IMG/VR virus record: IMGVR_UViG_3300018080_000170 | Span: 6,394 to 70,393 of that record | From: a virus | Direction: 5' to 3' (one strand) | Length of the DNA: 64,000 nt | In this document: positions 47,344 through 56,811 of the stretch, one piece after another | Layout of the letters: every line of letters begins with the position of its first letter | How positions within the stretch are numbered: position 1 is the first letter of the stretch | Made by a program: the position numbers and the translations under genes | Notes under the pieces: model-generated | The model's input: the letters and a program-made list of their open reading frames with translations, nothing else | Told to the model about the DNA's origin: nothing | Database searches by the model: none

Positions 47344-50300
47344 ATGCCCAGAAAGCTTAAAGGCGATCATACTGTAGAACGAGATCTTCGTGTTGAACGA
47401 AATATAACTCAAGAAAGCGCCGCCAATCCTTTGCGAACGATGAAGGATTTAAGTGGGGCTGTTGATAAAAAGACAATTCGAGAAGTTGTATCTAGCGGAA
47501 ATTACAAGTTATATTCTGTCAACGATGACGATTCTACGAATGTTGATAATATACTTGTGGTTAATCTTGAGTCGGGGAATATTGGTATTGGCGTCGTCCC
47601 GACTAATTCGGGTGGGAATGCCCTGCGAATTGGTCTCACTACTACAGTTAAGGGAAATAGCGAAAAATTAACTGCCTATAACGAAGCAACAGCTGGAACA
47701 GCCGATACGACTGTTGGCGCTAGATTATTGCTTGATTCTAATTCTGCGAATACTGCAGGCCAATCTACTATCTATTCAGAAGTTAGACGTAGAATGACTG
47801 CTAGCACTGAAGATACGGCTGGAATTTTATCTGCTCTAGAGTTGAAATCTGTTCTAGATCCGGATGGAGGAGCTGTTACTTATACTCATAGTGATGGGAC
47901 TATGGGCGTGGCGGATTTGGTTGCTCATGGTATTCAGAATGTTGGTTCTGGAAGTCTTGCTATTTCTCATGCTGCGGCTCTTTATGTTAAAGCAAATTCG
48001 GTTGTTGGCGCAACCAATAAGTATGGATTGTATATTGGTACAATTGCAGGAAGTACAAATGATTATGCAATTTATACTAATACAGGGAAGGTAAGATTTG
48101 GCGAGACGGTAGAGATTCAGCAATATCTTGGTGTTGGAAATGCTCCTAGTTCTACTGTCGGAGCTTATATTCAAAATACAGATCTAACGGGAACAGTTCA
48201 GACTGGAATTCATAGCTCTCCAATTAGTACGGCGGCTGCAACAGTTAGTATGCGCGGAATTGTTTCGGCTCCTCAAACAACAGATGCTGTATTTACTTGT
48301 GAAAATTTGACGGCTTTTATGGCTTTAGACGCGGCTAAAGGAGCATCCTCAACTATAACTCGTCATAGGATGTATTACGCTGCTTCTCCTACTCAGGGGA
48401 CAAATAACGTTTGGGGAACAGACAATCTAACATTCACTGGAGATTACGTTTTTCATTTTACTTCTACCCGTCCAAGTGAATTTGCCGGTAGAGCTGGTTT
48501 TGGTGGTTCGGCTTCAGCAAATGCGATCGTACGAGTTGGTGCAACTAATCCATTGGGGGGTACTATTCAGCGTGGGTTTGCCGCCGAGATGGAGGCGACA
48601 TCAAATGCTACTAATGCAGTTGTAGGTGTTCTTGGTAACGTTACGACAGCTGCGGCTTCTTTTACTACTGCTTATCTTGCACAACTTCAAGCATCAGATA
48701 GAGCTAAGGGGTCTGGAAGCACTATTACCAGGAAAATTGGTATTCATGCGCCGATGCAAACTGGCGGAACGAATAACGCAATTCTTGTAGATAATACTTC
48801 TTTTGTTGGTAATTTTGGAATTAATTTAGCTACTATGAGCCCATCTGAGTTTGCTGGACGTATGGGTATTGGTGGTAGTTCTAGTTCTGGAGCAGTTTTA
48901 CAAATTGCTGCATCTAATCCAATTACTAGCGTGGAACAAAGTGGGATATTTATTCCTATAGTTGGAAGTTCCGATGCCACAACGGCTATTTTTGGAGTCC
49001 AATCATATCCGACAACTGCGGATGAGACTTTTACATGTGCGCTTGTTACAGGTTATACATTTTATGACAGAACAAAAGGTGCTGCTTCAACAATTACACG
49101 TCACATTGGATATTATGGAGCTCAACCTACACAGGGCACTTATAATACTTTTATTTCAGATGACGATTCGTTTACTGATGATTATTCAATTTATTTAGTT
49201 TCTAGTAGGCCATCTTATTTGGGCGGCGATCTTAGCATAGATGGTGATTTAAATATTACTGGTGCATTAAACGCCGATGGCGGGATTAACGATACGTCTG
49301 GCGATATTATTCAGTCTACAGTTGGAAGTTTCTTCTGGAATATTGATTCTAATGATGATAGCTCAGATGAGGTTTTTGAGTGGGCGTCGGATCGAGTAGG
49401 GGATTCGGGTGGTGATATTTTAATGCGCCTAACCGATGAAAATATTTTATATTTGTTTGATTCGGCAAGTAATGGTCCCGCTTCGGGGAATCTTAAAAAT
49501 TATGCTAGTTATCAAGCTGGTATTGGAGCCGCAAGCGATTCCGAGTTCGGCTTATTCGCAGGAATTGCTGATGGTGTATTAAGTTTGTCTGGCGACACCG
49601 GGTTTGGCGCCGGTTCAACAAAGTTGAGTATTTTTAGTGGTGGGCATTCTACTCCAAATAAAATGGTTGCCTATATTGATGGTAATGTTTTAGCTCAGTT
49701 AGATGCTACAGGCTTACAAATAACAAGTGATGGTGATGCACCTCTAAAAGTTATTAGTGGCGATCCTGGGTCAGATTTGCAAGTTACTGATAGCACAATG
49801 ACTGCTCATATTCGAGCATATAATGAACAATTTGCAATTGCTAGTGCAGGGACAAGTCCTATTTATTTTATTTCTGATTATGGCAATGGATCAACTAGCG
49901 CCGATTTTATTTGGAAAACGGACTCTACTACATTAAATACTCCTAATGGCACAGAGTTAATGAGACTCACCGATGGAGGAAATCTTTTAATTGGTATTAC
50001 AGCTCCCGATGGGATTGAAGCGCTACACGTTAAAAAGAGTTATAGCGGCGCTGGATCTTTTGAAGCTGCCTATATTGAAGCTATTTCATCTCCAAGCGTG
50101 GCACTAACTGGTGGGGTTAATGGTTTAATTGTGTATGGGGAGCGTCAGGTCAGTGCGTCCGCAACAGATACTGGACGCGTTCATGCGCTATCGCTTAGAA
50201 GTCTTTTTGATGTAGATTCCGGACAGACATTAAGCTGTTCTAATTCTTCGGCTTCGACTATATATTCAACTTTACATGTTCAGGCTCCAGCTAATACCGG

Positions 50301-53300
50301 GTCTGGGACAGTTAATCTTGATAAGTTTGCCTATATTTCTATTAGTAGCAATACTCATCTTGATACTGGAACAGATAAGTATGCTATATATATAGATCAG
50401 ATTTGGGGCGCAACTAATAACTGGGGTATTTATCAGACGTACGGTGGAAACAATAACTATTTTGCTGGCCCTATCCGAGCCGGAACAACTGGCGGGATTA
50501 CAGATGCCGATGAACAAGTAACTGTTTATCGCGAGTATGATGCAGATAGTCTTAACCCCGTAGGATTAGGGGTCAGGCTTGTTTTAGATAGATCATCTGC
50601 TTATACTATTGCTAATTCGCGCGGTGCTGAAATTGAAGTTCAAAGAAGTTATGGTTCTAACACAATTTCAGAAGGTCATGATTTATTTGGAAGCGCATTT
50701 AGGGCTCTTTTTAATGGTAGCGGCTCATATACAAATACTTCAAATGTTATGGTTATCCGTACTATTTCGCCGTCTTTTTCAGGCGGCGGAACAGTTAGTT
50801 TGAATTCTTATATGGGCATGTTTATTTGTGACGTGAGTACTTCTAACGCAACAAATCAGTTTGGTTTATATATCGGTAATCAAACAGGTGGCTCTTCTCA
50901 AAATTATGCTATTTATACTAATGATGGCGCGGTTCGTTTTGGTGAGCAAGTTACTGTCGAAGATAATCTTGGTCGCGGACTAACTATTAAAAATCCAAAT
51001 GCTAATAGTCAAGCCCGAATTAATATGTATGCGTCTGGGGATACTAAATCTTGGTGGCTTGGGAGAATCACTGGCGCAGAGGGAATGTTTGGAATTCAAT
51101 ATGCAAACGGCCTCAATAGTAGCGCACAACTTCAATTAAGAAACAATGCCGATGATGCAATTGATGCGCAAGCTGGAACTGGTAGATTTGCGGCCGGTGG
51201 CCCTACCATTCAAGATACGGATCGTTGGATTATGCTTGGTTTAACCGACACTAGTCAGACAGTTCTTACTGGCACTTCTCAAGTTGGCACGAGAATGGCT
51301 TTTCGCGCCAATAGTAATGCAACGACTATGATTACCGGAGCCGTTATTGACGCTAAAAGCGATGACGCTTCTTTCGCTACAACCGATATTGTAATGTTGG
51401 ATGTAGGCTCATTTACTTTAGGTGCTGGACATACTTGTACAGATATTATTAGTTTACTCGTGAGGCCTCAGCCGATTGATGATGCTACTAATTCGGCTTA
51501 TATTTCAACCACAACTGCATTAGAATCGGGTGATTGGTTTATTCATTCGACTTCAATTCGTCCGAGTTGGTTGTCTGCACCATTGAGAGTTAATCCAGCT
51601 ACCTCAGCTCAAGTTTCAGGAACAAATAATACTCTTCTTGAAATTATTCGTTCATATACAGGTGCTGCTGGGAATTCGCATATTGCGGCTTTTATTGAAA
51701 ATGATTTAACAACAAACGCTTCTCTTACTGCCACTCAAACAACTTTAGAAGTTAAACATAGCCGAACTGTAACGGATGATGTTTCGGAGGCGACTGGAGT
51801 CGGACTCGGTTATGCGGCTAATCTTTTGGTTGGGTCGGATTTTGATGTTGCAGCTACAAAGACATATTCATATACTGATTCTGGTGGCTATAATGAAATT
51901 TCAATCGCCACTTTAAATGAGTTAGGGGCCGGAACAACTGCTATTTCAAATTATGTTAAGTTACGTATTAAATCCGATACTGGCTCAAACAGTACTAATA
52001 AGTATGGAATTTTGATTGATGATATTTCTGGCGCTAGTAATTTAAATTACGCTATTCGAACTAGTGCTGGCCAAGTATATCATGCGGATAATACAGGTAT
52101 AGGTGCTTATCCCGACCCCGATATGGCATTGAGAATTGGATGGTCTGGAAATGCGACCGATATTAATCAATATGGTATTTATGTTGGAACAGAAGCAAAT
52201 TCAAATGCTACTACTTCGTTGTCAGGGATTGCAATTCTTCCTACAACGGATAATGCGGCGTTTACATGCGCAAGAGTTTTTAATGTTAGAGCTTTAGCTG
52301 CCCAAGCTGGAGCCGGTAGTACAATTCAATATGCTATTAGTTATAATTCGCAGACACAAACCGTTGGAAGCGTTGGAAATGCAGTTCTTGCTGACAATTA
52401 TAGTTTTAGCGGCGATTACGGTATTAATCTAAACACCACTCGTCAGAATTATTTTGGTGGCCCGATTAGAGTTAATGATGACAACGGTGTTATTAATACT
52501 ACTGAAATGCTAAGTGTAACAAGAAATTACAATGGAAATGCAGCAGATTCTCATACCGCCGTTACTCTAAATTGGGATTTAGATACCGACGATGCTCTTA
52601 CAGGTGGCCAAAGTTGCGTTCTTTATTCTCGTTGGAAAAGAACTATTGATGCTAATGTAACAGATGCGCCTGCTGGGGGCTTTGGCGCAATTCAGAATAT
52701 GCAAATTTCTCGTATTTATGATGTTGATGCAGCCGCCACGTATACTTTAACAGATGCGGATGGAATGGCTGCAATTAGAATTCCTAGTGTTTCACTTTCG
52801 GGCGGCGGTACATTAGCTGTTTCACAGATGTACGGAATTTACATTCATGCTGATAGTATTGCAACTGGAATTAATAAGTATGGTTTGAGAATTGGTGGGA
52901 TGACGGGCGCAACTAATAACTACGCTATTTATACTGGGATAGGACTCGTTCATTTTGGCGGTGATGTTGAAATTGATGGCGGAGAATTGTTAGTTGGAGA
53001 TGGAACTGGTCTTTCTACGATGAGTATTCCCGACACAGCTGGAGGAGCTCCATATCTTGGAGTTAAAGAATCATCTCAGCCAGTTTATACGTCTATTGCG
53101 CACCAAGATGGGACTTACAATAAGAGAATTGGATTATTTGCCAACAGCGACACGGGGAATGTTGGCGTTGTTTATGGCTCTTCTTCAGATATTCCAACAT
53201 TTAAGATTGTAAGTGATTGGAACGATGCTACTCAATTGTCAATTAATGGCAATACAAATCAAATTACAATTCCTTCAGGCGATGTTGATATTACTAGGAC

Positions 53301-56300
53301 CGATGATGGAAGCGCTATGGGCTTGGTTATTGAGAATACTGGGAGTGATAATGCGAATACCCAGGCCAGAGTGCGATGTACAGTTAATGAAGATGCTGCT
53401 CGTTCATATATGGCTATTACCAGAAGCGGATCTTCGACATATGATGTTAGTTGGAATTGGGTATTAGCTACTAATTCAAAAACAATGTATTTGGCTAGAG
53501 ATGGCTTGTCTACTAACATTGCAATGTCTATTGACGCAAGTCAGAATGTTGAAATTCCTCAAATTTTAGGTGTTGGCGGAACTTCTGGTTCTGGTTCTAT
53601 TGTGCGAGTTGGACAAAATAATCCGCTTAGTGGTACCTCACAATATGGCGTAACAATTGAACACGCTGCAACATCTGCCGCCACTACTTCAGCTATTGGC
53701 GTTTTTGGATCCGTAACAACAGCTAATGCTTCTTTTACTTGTGGAATTCTCCGAAATTTCTTTTCAAATAATCCTACACTTGGAGCTGCAAGCACCGTTA
53801 CCCGTAGGATTGGCTACGGCGGAATAATGCCAACAGGCGGAACGAACAACGCATTTATAAGTGACAATATATCGTTCACTAGCGATTGGGGAATTAATCT
53901 ATCAACATCTAATCCGTCTAGGATTAATGGAGATTTAAGACTTAATACTGCATCTGCTATAATTGGCGGATATAATAAATTAACAGTATATGGCGATTAT
54001 GGCGCAGGATCAGAAGGGCATAGTAGTCAGGCTATTGGAGCCGAAGGATTGTTTGATTCAGATAGCCCTTATACTGTAAATTCAAATTCTGGTATTTATG
54101 GGCAACTTAGAAGAAATATTACAACGAGTGTAACTGATACTGGTGGTTATTTTGGCGCGTTAACAGCTAGACTAGCATTTAATGTTGCTTCGGCTCAAAC
54201 ATATACTAACGCGCAGAGTCCTGGATTTGCTTCCGTTATGATTAACTCACCGCAGAACTATGGATCAGGAACTCTTGCCATTACACATTTTGCCGGCCTT
54301 TGGGTTAACAGTTCGTCTCTTGCCACAGGTAGTTATAAGTACGGAATATATGTGGGAAGTCAATCCGGGGCTTCGAATAACTACGCTATCTATACAAATA
54401 ATGGAGATGTCAGATTCGGAGACGATGCTGAAGTAGTTGGAAAAATGGGTGTTGGTGGAGCTGCTTCGTCTAATGCAATTCTTAGAACAGGTTACGCCAA
54501 TCCTCTTACAGGAACTAACCAGCGCGGTTTTGCTGCCGAAATGGAAGCAACATCAAATGCTACTACGCATGTTGTAGGTTATCTTGGTAATGTTACAACT
54601 GAGGCCGCTTCTTTTACAACTCCCTATCTTGCGCAATTTCAAGCATCAGATAGAGGTAAAGGATCTGGAAGCACTATTACTAGGAAGATGGCATTTTATG
54701 CTCAAGAGCAAACTGGCGGAACTAATAATGCTATTATAGCTGACAATCTCACATTTTCTGGAGATTATTGTTTGCATTTCACCAATACGAATCCTAGCCA
54801 TATTTATGGTAGAATCGGAATTGGTGGGTCAGCTCATGTTGATACTGCATTGGCGATTCAAAGACCTAGTAATATAGCGGCTGCAAATGAATATGCAGTA
54901 TTTGTTGATTATGTTGGTAGTTCTTCTGCTACAACAAGCATTCGAGGCTATACTTCGCAAGTTACAACTGCTGCAGCTTCATATACCTGTAGCATTTTAA
55001 CTCATTTTGGTGCCTATGATATTACTAAGGGTGCCGGCTCAACAATTACTCGTCAGCGTCAATATTGGGGACAGCCACCTGAGCAAGGGACAAATAATGC
55101 TTGGGCGACCGATAATGCCACATTTACTGGAGATTGGCATTTGCATTTTACTAATGATCGTTGGTCGTTACTTCCTAAGTTGCAATTGAGCGCGACAGAA
55201 ACTTCTGATGCGAATGCAAGATTGTTTGTTAAGAATGGCGATGACGGCCTTGCAGTAGCGGATAGTGTTGGAGCTGCTCGACAAGTTATTCTTGAAAGTA
55301 ATACAGGGAATTTTGTTGCATTTAGGCGTCCAGATAGCAATTATAGCGGATTTATTTTTAATGAAGGAACCGACGGAGACGCCGCTCAATTAAGACATCG
55401 CTGGACGGGTACTGCTTCTACTAGTGGATATGAATTTAGAACTAATAATGCTCAATTGTTTAGAATTGCTGCTGATGGTTCCATTTACATGGGCTTTGAT
55501 GGATCGAGTGCGGCTAGCTATCTATATGGAGATCGGTTTAATCTTATTTCCAACGGGACTGAAGGATTTCAGCTTGATATCCGAGGCGGCGATACTTCAA
55601 ATGCTGCTAACATTAGTAGAATCGATATGAGAGGTTATCGAGCCGATGCGGGTGGCCGTAGTGTTCAAATTGAAGCTTTTTATGGCTCATCTGGAACAAA
55701 CCGCCAGATTGGTGAAATTTCCTTTAATAATACGACGACTGATCCTACAACTACCGGCGGCGAGCTTGAGATGTTGTTGCACAATACAAGCTCGCTCGGA
55801 ACTGTTCTTAAGATGACTGCAAGTTCAAGTAGTATGATTTTTGATCTTACAAGCCGCGAGACGTTGATTCAATATAGTTCGTCAAGTGGCGTATATATGC
55901 ATCTTGAAAATCAATATGCCGTTTCGTCTACGGGAGCGTATGCACAATTCTTGATTGAAACGAATAATGATAATGCCGATCCTTATGTTAATTGGCGTAT
56001 TAATGATGGCTCGACAGTTAACTGGTCAGCCGGTATTGAGAATGGCGTAAATAATAGATTTAAAATTTGCCCAGCTTCGGGTCTTGGAACTGATCTTGGA
56101 TTAACAATTGGAACTACAGGGACAGCGGTTCTGCGTAGAAACGAGACAGCTTCGTTAGCTGGTGTTCTTGATTTGACTAATACGAATGCAACATCTGTAG
56201 CGAATGGTATTGGGATGAGGTTCCAGGCTCATAGCACAGATGATGTGGTTCGTACAATGGGCGAGATTTATTGTGTTAAGGAGCAGGTATGGACCAGCAC

Positions 56301-56811
56301 TTCAACTACAAGAGATGCACAGCTCCGATTTTATACTAGTTTGAACGGAACAACCGGCGGGGCGGGGCAGGAAGCTCTTATTCTTGATAGCGCTAAGGAA
56401 GTCTATTTCCCGAATATTTCAACTACGGGCTCTGCTGCGAATGCATTTTTGGATAGTGGAAATAGTAATCAGCTTTTGAGATCGACTTCATCAGCTCGAT
56501 ATAAGATGAACATCGAAGATATGAATATCGATAGTTCAAAAATCTTTAGTTTAAGACCTGTTGAGTTTGATGATCGTAACCGCGGGACACATCACTTTGG
56601 TCTTGTCGCTGAAGAAGTTGCAGAGATTCTTCCTGAATTAGTTCAATTTGCTCCTGAGAAGTGTTTAATTCCAGATAGCGATTCGGATAAGAAAGTTCCT
56701 GATGGAGTTCAATATCAGTTGCTTAGCGTACTTCTGTTGAATGAAGTCAAGAAACTCAATAAAGAAATTGAAAAAATTAAATCAGAAAAAGATACAAATA
56801 GGAGTAACTAA
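47344..56811 (+). CDS. Giant tail fibre (3155 aa) with C-terminal S74 intramolecular chaperone
   Basis: Internal repeats; SSARYKMNI...LRPVEF...GLVAEEV...PELV followed by a coiled coil. Confidence 0.85.
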   Translation: MPRKLKGDHTVERDLRVERNITQESAANPLRTMKDLSGAVDKKTIREVVSSGNYKLYSVNDDDSTNVDNILVVNLESGNIGIGVVPTNSGGNALRIGLTTTVKGNSEKLTAYNEATAGTADTTVGARLLLDSNSANTAGQSTIYSEVRRRMTASTEDTAGILSALELKSVLDPDGGAVTYTHSDGTMGVADLVAHGIQNVGSGSLAISHAAALYVKANSVVGATNKYGLYIGTIAGSTNDYAIYTNTGKVRFGETVEIQQYLGVGNAPSSTVGAYIQNTDLTGTVQTGIHSSPISTAAATVSMRGIVSAPQTTDAVFTCENLTAFMALDAAKGASSTITRHRMYYAASPTQGTNNVWGTDNLTFTGDYVFHFTSTRPSEFAGRAGFGGSASANAIVRVGATNPLGGTIQRGFAAEMEATSNATNAVVGVLGNVTTAAASFTTAYLAQLQASDRAKGSGSTITRKIGIHAPMQTGGTNNAILVDNTSFVGNFGINLATMSPSEFAGRMGIGGSSSSGAVLQIAASNPITSVEQSGIFIPIVGSSDATTAIFGVQSYPTTADETFTCALVTGYTFYDRTKGAASTITRHIGYYGAQPTQGTYNTFISDDDSFTDDYSIYLVSSRPSYLGGDLSIDGDLNITGALNADGGINDTSGDIIQSTVGSFFWNIDSNDDSSDEVFEWASDRVGDSGGDILMRLTDENILYLFDSASNGPASGNLKNYASYQAGIGAASDSEFGLFAGIADGVLSLSGDTGFGAGSTKLSIFSGGHSTPNKMVAYIDGNVLAQLDATGLQITSDGDAPLKVISGDPGSDLQVTDSTMTAHIRAYNEQFAIASAGTSPIYFISDYGNGSTSADFIWKTDSTTLNTPNGTELMRLTDGGNLLIGITAPDGIEALHVKKSYSGAGSFEAAYIEAISSPSVALTGGVNGLIVYGERQVSASATDTGRVHALSLRSLFDVDSGQTLSCSNSSASTIYSTLHVQAPANTGSGTVNLDKFAYISISSNTHLDTGTDKYAIYIDQIWGATNNWGIYQTYGGNNNYFAGPIRAGTTGGITDADEQVTVYREYDADSLNPVGLGVRLVLDRSSAYTIANSRGAEIEVQRSYGSNTISEGHDLFGSAFRALFNGSGSYTNTSNVMVIRTISPSFSGGGTVSLNSYMGMFICDVSTSNATNQFGLYIGNQTGGSSQNYAIYTNDGAVRFGEQVTVEDNLGRGLTIKNPNANSQARINMYASGDTKSWWLGRITGAEGMFGIQYANGLNSSAQLQLRNNADDAIDAQAGTGRFAAGGPTIQDTDRWIMLGLTDTSQTVLTGTSQVGTRMAFRANSNATTMITGAVIDAKSDDASFATTDIVMLDVGSFTLGAGHTCTDIISLLVRPQPIDDATNSAYISTTTALESGDWFIHSTSIRPSWLSAPLRVNPATSAQVSGTNNTLLEIIRSYTGAAGNSHIAAFIENDLTTNASLTATQTTLEVKHSRTVTDDVSEATGVGLGYAANLLVGSDFDVAATKTYSYTDSGGYNEISIATLNELGAGTTAISNYVKLRIKSDTGSNSTNKYGILIDDISGASNLNYAIRTSAGQVYHADNTGIGAYPDPDMALRIGWSGNATDINQYGIYVGTEANSNATTSLSGIAILPTTDNAAFTCARVFNVRALAAQAGAGSTIQYAISYNSQTQTVGSVGNAVLADNYSFSGDYGINLNTTRQNYFGGPIRVNDDNGVINTTEMLSVTRNYNGNAADSHTAVTLNWDLDTDDALTGGQSCVLYSRWKRTIDANVTDAPAGGFGAIQNMQISRIYDVDAAATYTLTDADGMAAIRIPSVSLSGGGTLAVSQMYGIYIHADSIATGINKYGLRIGGMTGATNNYAIYTGIGLVHFGGDVEIDGGELLVGDGTGLSTMSIPDTAGGAPYLGVKESSQPVYTSIAHQDGTYNKRIGLFANSDTGNVGVVYGSSSDIPTFKIVSDWNDATQLSINGNTNQITIPSGDVDITRTDDGSAMGLVIENTGSDNANTQARVRCTVNEDAARSYMAITRSGSSTYDVSWNWVLATNSKTMYLARDGLSTNIAMSIDASQNVEIPQILGVGGTSGSGSIVRVGQNNPLSGTSQYGVTIEHAATSAATTSAIGVFGSVTTANASFTCGILRNFFSNNPTLGAASTVTRRIGYGGIMPTGGTNNAFISDNISFTSDWGINLSTSNPSRINGDLRLNTASAIIGGYNKLTVYGDYGAGSEGHSSQAIGAEGLFDSDSPYTVNSNSGIYGQLRRNITTSVTDTGGYFGALTARLAFNVASAQTYTNAQSPGFASVMINSPQNYGSGTLAITHFAGLWVNSSSLATGSYKYGIYVGSQSGASNNYAIYTNNGDVRFGDDAEVVGKMGVGGAASSNAILRTGYANPLTGTNQRGFAAEMEATSNATTHVVGYLGNVTTEAASFTTPYLAQFQASDRGKGSGSTITRKMAFYAQEQTGGTNNAIIADNLTFSGDYCLHFTNTNPSHIYGRIGIGGSAHVDTALAIQRPSNIAAANEYAVFVDYVGSSSATTSIRGYTSQVTTAAASYTCSILTHFGAYDITKGAGSTITRQRQYWGQPPEQGTNNAWATDNATFTGDWHLHFTNDRWSLLPKLQLSATETSDANARLFVKNGDDGLAVADSVGAARQVILESNTGNFVAFRRPDSNYSGFIFNEGTDGDAAQLRHRWTGTASTSGYEFRTNNAQLFRIAADGSIYMGFDGSSAASYLYGDRFNLISNGTEGFQLDIRGGDTSNAANISRIDMRGYRADAGGRSVQIEAFYGSSGTNRQIGEISFNNTTTDPTTTGGELEMLLHNTSSLGTVLKMTASSSSMIFDLTSRETLIQYSSSSGVYMHLENQYAVSSTGAYAQFLIETNNDNADPYVNWRINDGSTVNWSAGIENGVNNRFKICPASGLGTDLGLTIGTTGTAVLRRNETASLAGVLDLTNTNATSVANGIGMRFQAHSTDDVVRTMGEIYCVKEQVWTSTSTTRDAQLRFYTSLNGTTGGAGQEALILDSAKEVYFPNISTTGSAANAFLDSGNSNQLLRSTSSARYKMNIEDMNIDSSKIFSLRPVEFDDRNRGTHHFGLVAEEVAEILPELVQFAPEKCLIPDSDSDKKVPDGVQYQLLSVLLLNEVKKLNKEIEKIKSEKDTNRSN

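Noticed and set aside
48500-54750. Repeat pair in the giant fibre as a diversity-generating retroelement TR/VR
   Set aside because: Differences are largely synonymous and not adenine-specific, both copies are in-frame coding, and there is no reverse transcriptase in the window.
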